DNA of 64,000 nucleotides from an uncultured Candidatus Saccharibacteria bacterium (GTDB lineage Bacteria > Patescibacteriota > Minisyncoccia > Phycocordibacterales > PALSA-1337). Location: positions 16,334 to 80,333 of the forward strand of contig CAYHNH010000003.1 in assembly GCA_964358005.1 (NCBI GenBank), in the 5' to 3' direction. A program made the position numbers and the translations under genes. The notes under the pieces are model-generated. The model worked only from the letters and a program-made list of their open reading frames with translations. It was not told the origin of the DNA and made no database searches. Shown piece after piece: positions 19,593-28,250 of this stretch (position 1 is the first letter of the stretch; every line of letters starts with the position of its first letter).

Positions 19593-19904
19593 ATGAGCCT
19601 GTCTTCCTATATAGAAAATCTCAGAGAAAGGCCTGAACACATCAGGCGCCGGGCCGCGTTCTGGTGGTCATTCGGCTTCACTATCATAGTGTTCGCGTTC
19701 TGGGTGGCCTCTTTTACCTCTATAGGCATCGGATTTGGCAGTGGAGCACAGAGGGCAGTCAGCGTGACTGCCGAGAAGATCGTCACGCCAGGTCAGTCGC
19801 TGGTAGCTGGAGTGGGGGCCTTCGCTGGCGATGTCTGGAGCATGATCGTGGGACCGAAAACTGTCACATACCAAGAGGTAGAGGTTACGCCGGGGAAGAG
19901 GTAA
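19593..19904 (+). CDS. hypothetical membrane protein
   Basis: Two hydrophobic helices (FWWSFGFTIIVFAFWVASF; LVAGVGAFAGDVWSMIV); no known domain. Confidence 0.35.
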   Translation: MSLSSYIENLRERPEHIRRRAAFWWSFGFTIIVFAFWVASFTSIGIGFGSGAQRAVSVTAEKIVTPGQSLVAGVGAFAGDVWSMIVGPKTVTYQEVEVTPGKR

Positions 19905-19922
19905 AAATATCAAAATATCGGT

Positions 19923-19951
19923 TGTTAAATAGTCCCTTTTTTGCTATAATG
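19923..19951 (+). promoter_or_regulatory. candidate sigma70 promoter for gyrA (TTGTTA-N17-TATAAT with TGc extension)
   Basis: TTGTTA 19923-19928, 17-nt spacer, tgcTATAAT ending 19951, about 55 nt upstream of the gyrA ATG. Confidence 0.45.
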
Positions 19952-20006
19952 TATACACAAATCTATAGCTTTAATTGAAGCTTTTTTTGATTACAAAACC
20001 TGACAC

Positions 20007-22490
20007 ATGGCCAAGAAACACGAAGATCAACCCCTGAAGAAAGAATCAACCGGCGTTCCTAGAGTCGGACCCGGCATCGTCTCGCGCTCCATCACGACCG
20101 AGATGCGTGAGTCATTCCTCGACTATGCTATGTCGGTCATCACTGACCGCGCCCTCCCGGATGTGCGCGACGGTCTCAAGCCGGTGCACCGCCGCATACT
20201 GTATTCTATGCATGAGAAGGGTCTCACCGCCTCGGCCAAATTCCGCAAATCCGCAGTGCCGGTCTCCGACACTATGGGTAACTATCACCCTCACGGCGAC
20301 GCGGCTATCTACGAATCCCTAGTGAAGATGGCCCAGGATTTCACCATGCGCTACCCGCTCATCCAGGGGCAGGGTAACTTCGGTACTGTAGACGGCGACC
20401 CAGCTGCCGCCATGCGCTATACCGAAGCTCGCATGTCTCGCCTGTCAGCGGAGCTCCTGAAGGATATCGGCAAGGACACCGTCGAATTCCGCCCCAACTA
20501 TGACGGCACCAAGAAAGAGCCGTCAGTCCTACCGACCGCTGTACCGAACCTACTCCTGAATGGCACGCTCGGCATCGCTGTCGGTATGGCTACCAATATC
20601 GCTCCGCACAACCTCGGCGAGATCGTAGACGCCACGACGCACCTCGTAGATAACAAGGACGCGACCACCGAGGATGTGCTCAAGTTCATAAAGGGCCCTG
20701 ACTTTCCGCTCGGAGCAGTCGTCTACGGTGAGAAGGACATCCACCACGCCTACACTACCGGCCGCGGCGGCATGACCGTGCGCGGGGAAGCCGAGATCAC
20801 CGAGGACAAGAAGGGCCAATATCAGATCGTCATCACCTCGATACCATTCCGCGTGAACAAGAGCGAGCTCATCATCAGGATCGCCGACCTGGTGCGCGAC
20901 AAGATAGTCGAAGGCATCAAAGGTATCAGGGATGAATCGACCAAGGACATCCGCATCGTCATCGATCTGAAGCAAGGCTCGTATCCGGAAAAGGTTCTCA
21001 ATCTGCTCTACAAGCATACCCAGCTCGAGGAGATGTTCCACATGAATACCGTGGCGCTCGTAGGTGGTGTGCCACAGACCCTCGGCCTCAAGTCCATCCT
21101 CCAGGAATTCATCGCCCACCGCATAGAGGTCATACGACGCCGGACGAAATTCGACCTCGCTGCGGCCGAAGCGCGAGAGCATATCTTGCTCGGTCTTAAG
21201 AAGGCTCTCGACCACATAGACGAGATCATCACGCTCATCCGCGGCTCGAAGGATGCGCCAGAAGCCCATGCCGGCCTCATGAAGAAGTTCAAGTTCAGCG
21301 AGCTTCAGGCTACAGCTATCTTGGAGATGCGCCTGCAGAAGCTAGCCGGCCTCGAGCGCAAGAAGGTGCTCGACGAGCTCAAGGAAGTTCAGGCCCTCAT
21401 CGAAGATCTGAAGGGCATCCTAGGCAGTGAGAAGCGCGTCCGCACCATCATCAAGGATGAGCTCACCGACATCAAAGCTCGCTACGGCGACGAGCGCAGA
21501 ACCAAGATAGTGAAGCACGGCGTCAAAGAATTCAGCGTCGAAGATCTCATCGCTGACGAAGAGTCGGTGCTAGTCCTCACTAAGGGCGGCTATATCAAGC
21601 GCACTGATCCGTCGGAGTATCGCAAGCAGAGGCGCGGCGGCGTCGGTGTCGTCGATCTCGACACCAAGGAAGAGGATTTCATCTCGCATCTCGTGTATGC
21701 CACTACCCACAACGACCTGCTTTTCTTCACGGACAAGGGCAAAGCCTACCAGATAAAGATGCACGAAATACCAGAAGGCAAGCGTGCCACCAAGGGCAAG
21801 TCCATCATGAACTTCCTGTCGCTCTCGGACGGCGAGCGCGTGACCTCCATCCTGCCTATGCCGAAGAATAAGAAAGAGGCTGATGGTCTGACGCTCGTCA
21901 TGATAACCAAGAACGGCACTGGCAAGAAGTCATCAGCCAAGCATTTCAAGGACGTGCGCCGATCCGGTTTGATCGCCATATCGCTCGACAGCGGCGATGA
22001 GCTCATCTCTGTTTCATTCGCGTCCAAGTCGGATGAGATCGTCATCGCGACGAAGGAAGGCCAATCCATCCGTTTCAAGGAGGCTGACGTCCGAGAGATG
22101 GGCAGGAATGCAGCTGGTGTGCGCGTCATCCGTCTCGACAAGGATGATCACGTCATATCTGCCGATGTTGTATCGAAGGAGGCCAAGAATCCGATGCTTT
22201 TCGTACTAGGCGCCAATGGCTATGGCAAGAAGACCGAGCTTTCAGAATACAAAGTCCAGAAGCGCGGCGGCTCGGGCATCCTCACTATGAATGTAACGGC
22301 CAAGACTGGCCCGCTCATGGCCGCGCGCGTCGTCACTGATGAAGTAGAAGAGGTCGTCGCCATGTCGAAGAAGAGCCAGGTCATCCGCGTGGATTTGAAG
22401 GAGATACCGACATTGAGTCGTGCCACCCAGGGCGTGCGCGTCATGAAGCTGCGTGAGGGGGATTCACTGGCAAGCTTGATTTGTTTGTAG
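20007..22490 (+). CDS. gyrA: DNA gyrase subunit A
   Basis: [26 protein letters not shown] with the active-site Tyr region; C-terminal beta-pinwheel repeats; 827 aa. Confidence 0.95.
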   Translation: MAKKHEDQPLKKESTGVPRVGPGIVSRSITTEMRESFLDYAMSVITDRALPDVRDGLKPVHRRILYSMHEKGLTASAKFRKSAVPVSDTMGNYHPHGDAAIYESLVKMAQDFTMRYPLIQGQGNFGTVDGDPAAAMRYTEARMSRLSAELLKDIGKDTVEFRPNYDGTKKEPSVLPTAVPNLLLNGTLGIAVGMATNIAPHNLGEIVDATTHLVDNKDATTEDVLKFIKGPDFPLGAVVYGEKDIHHAYTTGRGGMTVRGEAEITEDKKGQYQIVITSIPFRVNKSELIIRIADLVRDKIVEGIKGIRDESTKDIRIVIDLKQGSYPEKVLNLLYKHTQLEEMFHMNTVALVGGVPQTLGLKSILQEFIAHRIEVIRRRTKFDLAAAEAREHILLGLKKALDHIDEIITLIRGSKDAPEAHAGLMKKFKFSELQATAILEMRLQKLAGLERKKVLDELKEVQALIEDLKGILGSEKRVRTIIKDELTDIKARYGDERRTKIVKHGVKEFSVEDLIADEESVLVLTKGGYIKRTDPSEYRKQRRGGVGVVDLDTKEEDFISHLVYATTHNDLLFFTDKGKAYQIKMHEIPEGKRATKGKSIMNFLSLSDGERVTSILPMPKNKKEADGLTLVMITKNGTGKKSSAKHFKDVRRSGLIAISLDSGDELISVSFASKSDEIVIATKEGQSIRFKEADVREMGRNAAGVRVIRLDKDDHVISADVVSKEAKNPMLFVLGANGYGKKTELSEYKVQKRGGSGILTMNVTAKTGPLMAARVVTDEVEEVVAMSKKSQVIRVDLKEIPTLSRATQGVRVMKLREGDSLASLICL

Positions 22491-22495
22491 AAAAA

Positions 22496-22608
22496 GCAGG
22501 GGAAAGCAAGTGGCATGAAGGGACATTGCGAGCGCGACTGGCGCGAGCACTAGGAATTTCGCAGCAGCGAAATATCCGTGTCCCTGGATGACACTTGCTT
22601 CCCCTTGC
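22496..22608. repeat. long-range imperfect inverted repeat (15/17 bp arms) forming an approximately 110-nt hairpin in the gyrA 3' intergenic region
   Basis: gcaggggaaagcaagtg (22496-22512) against cacttgcttccccttgc (22592-22608), with internal GC-rich palindromic segments (gcgcgactggcgcgagc). Confidence 0.4.
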
Positions 22609-22667
22609 TTGCTTTGTCCACACAGACAAGCCTGCCAATAGATGATCCATGCTAAAATTACGGGACC

Positions 22668-23186
22668 ATGTTCTCCGACCCTGGAGCAAATATCGCTAAA
22701 TTAGGCGTCGCTGACGGCATGAAAGTTGCCGACCTCGGTGCCGGGTCGGGCTTCTATTCTATAGAGTCAGCCAAGCGCGTAGGCGCTAGTGGCCGCATCT
22801 ACGCCATAGATGTCCAGAAGAACCTCCTGGAGAGGCTGCGTTCGGTGGCTCAAGCCCAAAGCCTCAATAACGTCGAGGTCATATGGGCCAACGCCGAGAA
22901 GATAGGCGGCACCAAGCTCAAGGATGCCTTAGTGGACAGAGCCATAGTCTCCAACATCCTCTTTCAGGTCGCCAAAATGGATGATTTTGCTCTGGAGGTC
23001 AAGCGGATCACGAAGTCCGGAGGCAAGCTCCTTATCATCGAATGGAATGAGACTACGCCGCTCGCCCCCAAGACCCAGGTGCCCCAGATAAAGGTCCAGA
23101 CGTTGTTCGAGAAGAGCGGCTTCAAGCTGGAGGAGACCTTCCCGGCGGGTGCTAGTCACTATGGCATGATATTTACGCGCATATGA
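22668..23186 (+). CDS. class I SAM-dependent methyltransferase
   Basis: VADLGAGSGFYS motif I, IYAIDV motif II; 172 aa. Confidence 0.6.
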   Translation: MFSDPGANIAKLGVADGMKVADLGAGSGFYSIESAKRVGASGRIYAIDVQKNLLERLRSVAQAQSLNNVEVIWANAEKIGGTKLKDALVDRAIVSNILFQVAKMDDFALEVKRITKSGGKLLIIEWNETTPLAPKTQVPQIKVQTLFEKSGFKLEETFPAGASHYGMIFTRI

Positions 23187-24484
23187 AAACCACTAAATTC
23201 CAGGTAATAACGCTCATAGTCTTCATCGTCTTCATCATCGCAGGCGTAACCATGTTCGCCACATATAAAGGCAGCCAATCAGAGCAGTCACTGCCACCAG
23301 TCACCATGTGGGGCACTTTTCCCAAGGATCAGTTCGATCAGTATGTTGTAAAAGTGAACAACGCTTTGCCCCAGCAATTCAACATCAGGTATGAGCAGGT
23401 GAGCGCACAGTCATTCTTGAACCGTTTCGTATCGGCGCTAGCTAAGGGCGCCGGTCCAGATGCCATACTCGTCGAGGCTGACATAATCCTGCCACTGCAG
23501 GACAAGCTCACGGCTATCCCATATGACCTCTACCCGCAGAGGGCCTTCATAGACCAGTTCATAGACGAGGCGCAGGTCTATCTCGGCAACGATGGTCTCA
23601 TCGGCATACCGTTCTCTGTAGATCCTATGGTCATGTATTGGAATAAAGACTCCTTCAACGCGGCCGGCATACCTCTGCCGCCGAAGTACTGGGATGAGCT
23701 CCGGGTCGTGAATAAAAAGCTCACGACGAAGGACGACAATGGCACTGTAACGCGGAGCGGCGCGGCTATGGGCGATTTTAGCAATGTCACAAATGCTCGC
23801 GAGCTCCTAGGCAGTCTCATACTGCAGTCGGGCAATGCGGTGACTGGGCCGAGCGAGCGTGGGGGATTGAAGAGCCTACTAAAGTCTACCGGAGAACGCA
23901 GTCCCGTGGCGGCTGTCACTTTCTTTACGCAATTTGTGGATCCCGGCAATGAGAATTATTCCTGGAACCATTCATGGCCAGACTCTAGGACGGCCTTCGT
24001 CTCGGGTAAGCTGGCCACATACTTCGGCATGGCCTCCGAGCTTTTTGCCCTGCGGAACAAGAATCCGAACCTGAATTTTGACGTGTCTCCCATACCGCAA
24101 TACAGGACCGGGGGAGTCGCGGCCACCTATGGCAAGATATATGGCTTCTCGATAGTGAAGCAATCGCAGGTGTCGAATGCCGCCTATCAGATGATATATA
24201 CCCTGACCGCCCCTCAATTCCTGTATGAGATATCCAATGGGATGTATCTGCCATCCGTAAGCCGGGCCATCATATCAGCCGGGTCGAAAGACCCATATGT
24301 CTCTAGGTTCAATGAAGCGGCTCTGATATCTAGGACCTGGAGGGACGCCGATTCGAGCGTCTCGTCGAGAATATTCGGGTCAATGGTGCAGACTATAACG
24401 ACAGGCCGCAAGTCTGTCGCGGAGGCACTAGATGAAGCATCGGAGGAATATGACGCGGCCCTCCTACAGGCAATCGGCGAATAA
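23183..24484 (+). CDS. extracellular solute-binding protein (ABC-transporter type), N-terminally membrane anchored
   Basis: N-terminal TM helix then about 400-aa periplasmic-binding-protein-like domain (WNKDSFNAAGIPLPPKYWDEL; sugar/oligopeptide SBP-like); overlaps upstream MT by 4 nt. Confidence 0.55.
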   Translation: MKTTKFQVITLIVFIVFIIAGVTMFATYKGSQSEQSLPPVTMWGTFPKDQFDQYVVKVNNALPQQFNIRYEQVSAQSFLNRFVSALAKGAGPDAILVEADIILPLQDKLTAIPYDLYPQRAFIDQFIDEAQVYLGNDGLIGIPFSVDPMVMYWNKDSFNAAGIPLPPKYWDELRVVNKKLTTKDDNGTVTRSGAAMGDFSNVTNARELLGSLILQSGNAVTGPSERGGLKSLLKSTGERSPVAAVTFFTQFVDPGNENYSWNHSWPDSRTAFVSGKLATYFGMASELFALRNKNPNLNFDVSPIPQYRTGGVAATYGKIYGFSIVKQSQVSNAAYQMIYTLTAPQFLYEISNGMYLPSVSRAIISAGSKDPYVSRFNEAALISRTWRDADSSVSSRIFGSMVQTITTGRKSVAEALDEASEEYDAALLQAIGE

Positions 24485-24487
24485 CAT

Positions 24488-25030
24488 ATGAAGGAAATAT
24501 CAAAAAAAGGCGTGATACTGGCGATACTAGGTGTGAGCTTTTTCAGCTTCGCTGGCATAGCAAGCGCGGTCAATCCCGCTGATGTGCCTCCGGTCAATCT
24601 CACCAAGACGCCTGACGCTGGCGGGCCATTTGGCGCTTTCAAGATACTGCAGTGCGATGGGCCGGCTAAATTGAACGATGTCTCAACGCACAGGGTCAAG
24701 AATACCGATGGCAATTGGCAGGTTGAAACTGTGAACGGAGTTCCGTGGACGCCAGATCCGAAATTCGTAGCCTGCGATTTCCGCGGCTTGATGATCCAGA
24801 TCCAGTTCCTCATCAATGCGGCAGTGGTCATCGGCGTCCTGGCGGCGCTCATCGGCTTTGCCTACGCCGGCTTCCTTTATATCACCGGCACCCAGGCCAA
24901 CCTCAAGAAGGCCCACACTATATTCCCGAAGATATTCTGGGGCTTTGTGATCATGCTCATGGCCTGGTTCATCGTTTATCAGATATTAGCTTGGCTAACG
25001 CCTGCGGCGTCGGCGTACTTGCCGCAATAA
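24488..25030 (+). CDS. paralog A of secreted two-TM-hairpin (VirB2/TrbC-pilin-like topology) family; about 85-aa Cys-containing ectodomain
   Basis: Signal peptide MKEISKKGVILAILGVSFFSFAGIASA; C-terminal TM1 (LINAAVVIGVLAALIGFAYAGFLYI), basic loop (KKAHTIFPK), TM2 (IFWGFVIMLMAWFIVYQILAWL). Confidence 0.5.
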   Translation: MKEISKKGVILAILGVSFFSFAGIASAVNPADVPPVNLTKTPDAGGPFGAFKILQCDGPAKLNDVSTHRVKNTDGNWQVETVNGVPWTPDPKFVACDFRGLMIQIQFLINAAVVIGVLAALIGFAYAGFLYITGTQANLKKAHTIFPKIFWGFVIMLMAWFIVYQILAWLTPAASAYLPQ

Positions 25031-25034
25031 CAAC

Positions 25035-25892
25035 ATGCATCCATTTAGAACAAAGGTCATCGTGGCACTGTCGCTCTCTCTGGCGTGTCTCTTTGCGGTT
25101 CTGCCGATATCTACAGCCAGCGCCCAGAGCTTTACGACGAATATCTCGGAGGTCACAGAGACCGGCTTCGACGTGAATTGGACGTTCGTGACTGGTGCAC
25201 AAAGGTACATGGTTTTTTGGAAAGCTAGATCCGAGGCGAGCTTCAGGCAGTCTAGCCCGATCTTAGCTTCGGCGGCGGCTACTCGCTATGCGCTCAGAAA
25301 CCTAACCCCAAGCACTCAATACGAGGTCTTTGTGGGAGTATCGATGGATGGCGCTTCATATGATGGGCAGACTGCGGTAAGCGCTCGCACACTGGGAGGG
25401 ACGGTTCCACCAACCCCTACGCCTGCTCCATCTCCCACCCCTGCGCCAACCCCTGCACCTACTCCAGCCCCCACACCGACGCCTGTCCCAGTACCAACAC
25501 TTGCACCAACACTTGCGCCGACACGTGCCCCAGGCACCGGTACTGGCAGTACTGGCACGCAAAACATGTTCTATATCCAGAACCCCCTCAATCCACAATT
25601 CAACAGCGTCGGGGGTCTAGTCAGCGGCTTTCTGGAGATATTCTCTTATCTGGTGATACTTTTCGCGGTTCTGATGCTCATCTGGGTAGGTCTGCAGTTC
25701 GTCCTGGCCCAGGGAAATGCCGAAAGGATGAAGGAGCTCAAGAAATGGCTACTGTGGATAGTGGTCGGCATAGCTCTCGTAATAGGTGCTAGAATTGTCG
25801 TTGCAGTAGTGATTAGTACCCTGGATGCGACTGGCGTAGTAAATCAAGGAGTCATCAGGGGCGCTCGTAATGCATTAGATGGCAGACCATAA
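25035..25892 (+). CDS. paralog B: signal peptide, fibronectin type III domain, Pro/Thr linker, C-terminal two-TM hairpin
   Basis: FN3 pattern (FDVNWTFVTGAQRYMVFWK...LTPSTQYEVFVGV); PTPTPAPSPTPAPTPAPTPAPTPTPVPVPT linker; TM1-AQGNAERMKELKK-TM2 hairpin. Confidence 0.55.
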   Translation: MHPFRTKVIVALSLSLACLFAVLPISTASAQSFTTNISEVTETGFDVNWTFVTGAQRYMVFWKARSEASFRQSSPILASAAATRYALRNLTPSTQYEVFVGVSMDGASYDGQTAVSARTLGGTVPPTPTPAPSPTPAPTPAPTPAPTPTPVPVPTLAPTLAPTRAPGTGTGSTGTQNMFYIQNPLNPQFNSVGGLVSGFLEIFSYLVILFAVLMLIWVGLQFVLAQGNAERMKELKKWLLWIVVGIALVIGARIVVAVVISTLDATGVVNQGVIRGARNALDGRP

Positions 25893-25896
25893 TAAG

Positions 25897-26271
25897 ATGA
25901 TAAAAAACATGTTGAATTCCAGAATCAAGATGGCGACTATGACAGGAGCGACGATACTGTTTCCATTGACCGCCTTCGCCGCTGACAAAAAGCTCTCCGA
26001 CATAATAAATACAATAGTTTCCTATCTCGGCGATATTCTCTTCCTGCTCATGGCCCTGGCTGTGGTCATATTCGTCTGGTATGTGATCAAGTATTTCATC
26101 ATGCCGAATGAGAGCCGCAAGGAGGCCGGTCAATATGTCATGTACAGCCTGATCGGATTCTTCGTTATACTCTCTATGTGGGGGATAGTTAGTGTGATCT
26201 CGAATACACTGGACATAGGAGGAGCTGGCCCCCAGACTTGGGATAATTTTAGGAACATATTTCCCCGTTAA
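25897..26271 (+). CDS. paralog C of two-TM-hairpin family
   Basis: Signal-like MATMTGATILFPLTAFAADKK; TM1 ILFLLMALAVVIFVWYVIKYFI, loop MPNESRKEAGQY, TM2 VMYSLIGFFVILSMWGIVSVI. Start ambiguous between ATG 25879, 25897 and 25909. Confidence 0.5.
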   Translation: MIKNMLNSRIKMATMTGATILFPLTAFAADKKLSDIINTIVSYLGDILFLLMALAVVIFVWYVIKYFIMPNESRKEAGQYVMYSLIGFFVILSMWGIVSVISNTLDIGGAGPQTWDNFRNIFPR

Positions 26272-26286
26272 TATATAAGAAAATCC

Positions 26287-26739
26287 ATGAATAGCGCAGC
26301 AGTCACAAATGCCGGCACTCTGATAAGCAAGTTCGATTACCTTTTCCGTTCGGCTGTATGGCTCATGGTGTCCCTGGCGATCGTTTTCATCGTATGGCAC
26401 GCATTGCAGTTCATAAGGGAAGCGGGAGGCGACGAGAGGAAGAAGCACCAGAACGCTATATTGTGGGGCATCGTCGGTCTTGCGGTTATCCTCTCGATCT
26501 GGGGACTTGTCGCCATATTGAGCAATACATTTAATGTCGGCAATGTCGAAGGCCAGAATGAAGCGGCGAGGAATATAAACAAGCTCATCATACCCAGGAG
26601 CTCGTTCCAGAGTGGTGGTGGATCTAATCCTACGCCTGCCCCCGGACCCGGCACTGGCACCGGATCCAACCCACCTGGACCTGGTACGGGCACTGGATCT
26701 AACCCCCCTGGCCCGGGTACTGGCACCGGATCGAATTGA
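26287..26739 (+). CDS. paralog D of two-TM-hairpin family, C-terminal GPGTGTGSNPP x3 repeat tail
   Basis: TM1 AVWLMVSLAIVFIVWHALQFI, loop REAGGDERKKHQNA, TM2 ILWGIVGLAVILSIWGLVAIL; no obvious signal peptide. Confidence 0.5.
   Translation: MNSAAVTNAGTLISKFDYLFRSAVWLMVSLAIVFIVWHALQFIREAGGDERKKHQNAILWGIVGLAVILSIWGLVAILSNTFNVGNVEGQNEAARNINKLIIPRSSFQSGGGSNPTPAPGPGTGTGSNPPGPGTGTGSNPPGPGTGTGSN
26641..26736 (+). repeat. three tandem 33-nt units encoding the identical peptide GPGTGTGSNPP with synonymous nucleotide differences
   Basis: Units at 26641-26673, 26674-26706 and 26707-26736; the peptide is conserved while third codon positions vary. Confidence 0.6.
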
Positions 26740-26840
26740 TAGTAATCCACAGCTAGGCTTAAATAAAACCGTAATACTGCTATAATTGCAGACAGCTAGA
26801 AATTGTCGTTTAGCATCCTTATTAAAATCATTAAATTAGT

Positions 26841-27215
26841 ATGAAAAAGCTTATAACAACACTCGCTTTCACCCTCGCGCCAGCCATAGCTTTCGCCCAG
26901 GTAAACGCCCCTGTCAGGGATTTCAATAGCCTGACCCAGAAGACCATAGGTATCGGCAACACCATCATCGGCGTGCTCATAGCTATCGCGGTCATATTCA
27001 TCGTCTATAACGTTCTGATGTTCATCGTCAAGGCCGGAACGGACGACAGGAAGACATATCAGAAGGCCATCCTTTGGGGCATCGTCGGTCTTGCTGTTAT
27101 CCTCTCGATCTGGGGTCTCGTCGCCATCCTTACGAACACCTTCGGCACAGCCGGCAACCCTGTAGGTCCTGCAACTCTCTACCCAGTCAATCCAGTACCG
27201 GTACCAGCTCAATAA
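26841..27215 (+). CDS. paralog E of two-TM-hairpin family
   Basis: Signal peptide MKKLITTLAFTLAPAIAFAQ; TM1-KAGTDDRKTYQKA-ILWGIVGLAVILSIWGLVAIL; shares a near-identical 60-nt stretch with paralog D (26461-26520 against 27067-27126). Confidence 0.55.
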   Translation: MKKLITTLAFTLAPAIAFAQVNAPVRDFNSLTQKTIGIGNTIIGVLIAIAVIFIVYNVLMFIVKAGTDDRKTYQKAILWGIVGLAVILSIWGLVAILTNTFGTAGNPVGPATLYPVNPVPVPAQ

Positions 27216-27218
27216 ATA

Positions 27219-27527
27219 ATGCGAGGATTGCTCCCATCACTGGTATCTGAAGCGCATGCCCAAGCCGCGACAAGCAACGTCGCGGCGTTTGGCAATGTCC
27301 TGAATCCGATAATCACTAATATCGTAAACCCCATCGTCAAGCTGGCCTTCGCGGTCGCAGTGGTGGTGTTCGTGTATGGGGTGATACAAATGATCTTGAA
27401 TAAGACAGACGCTGAATCTCACAAGAAAGCCAGGTGGAGCATGCTGGGAGGGCTCATCGGTATGGTCATAATGGTTTGCGCCTGGGGAATAGTGTATCTG
27501 GTGGCAAACACGGTAAAGGGTTTTTAG
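27219..27527 (+). CDS. paralog F of two-TM-hairpin family
   Basis: Signal-like MRGLLPSLVSEAHAQA; TM1 LAFAVAVVVFVYGVIQMIL, loop NKTDAESHKKARW, TM2 SMLGGLIGMVIMVCAWGIVYLV. Confidence 0.5.
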   Translation: MRGLLPSLVSEAHAQAATSNVAAFGNVLNPIITNIVNPIVKLAFAVAVVVFVYGVIQMILNKTDAESHKKARWSMLGGLIGMVIMVCAWGIVYLVANTVKGF

Positions 27528-27614
27528 GGTAAAAAAAGAGGCCGCGCAGTCTGTTTGAGTTTTGAATTCAAACGACGGCGCGGCCACTCGTGTGGTAGAG
27601 AATGTGCTGAACTC

Positions 27615-28250
27615 TCAATCCTCGGGGTTCGACAGGGCGAGCTGCCACCAGTTCCTGGGGAGTGCCCCCATGAAGACGATATAACCGAGGCGTGAACGGG
27701 TGATTGAGTCACCTGCCACGATCCGGAAACCCGCCTTATGGGTATGGGCGACCTTGAACTTCTGTTCGTTGTCGGGGTTATAACTGACCGTCCGCTTCGG
27801 GAAGGTGTGGACGGCCTGGCCATCCACACAATACTGGAAGGGGACATTGTCCACGATGCCGACCTCGATCGAGTAACCTGCCGGCACGTCGATCTCCTCG
27901 ATCGTGCGACCTGTGCTGACCGTGAAGCTACCATACTTCAGGATCGGCGGCCGAGATGGCATGGCCGGAGCAGCATACGCCTGCGGCGTTTGCTGCTGAT
28001 AGGCCATGGCCGGCGGGGGTTGGAACTGTCCGCCCCCCTGCAGTGCCCGCTGGGCCTGCTGCGCCGCGGCCGCTTGCCGCTTCGCCGCCGCCTCTTCGCG
28101 CCGGGCCGCCTTGGCTTCCTCGACCTCCGCGTAGTTCACGCGAAAGCCATTGATGAGGACTCCCAGGAGGACCAGTGCCACGGCCCCGATCAGGAGCCAT
28201 TTCAACGTTTTCGGGTTCTGAGTTTTGTTGTTTTTTTTGTCTGCGCTCAT
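27615..28250 (-). CDS. hypothetical N-terminally membrane-anchored protein with Ala/Gln-rich linker
   Basis: TM helix WLLIGAVALVLLGVLI, then AKAARREEAAAKRQAAAAQQAQRA low-complexity stretch and a 110-aa C-terminal domain; G+C-rich. Its ATG overlaps the upstream gene stop (TAATG). Confidence 0.45.
   Translation of the reverse strand: MSADKKNNKTQNPKTLKWLLIGAVALVLLGVLINGFRVNYAEVEEAKAARREEAAAKRQAAAAQQAQRALQGGGQFQPPPAMAYQQQTPQAYAAPAMPSRPPILKYGSFTVSTGRTIEEIDVPAGYSIEVGIVDNVPFQYCVDGQAVHTFPKRTVSYNPDNEQKFKVAHTHKAGFRIVAGDSITRSRLGYIVFMGALPRNWWQLALSNPED

Noticed and set aside
20550-21269. 239-aa minus-strand ORF, and 21746-22141 and 22220-22516
   Set aside because: Antisense to gyrA.
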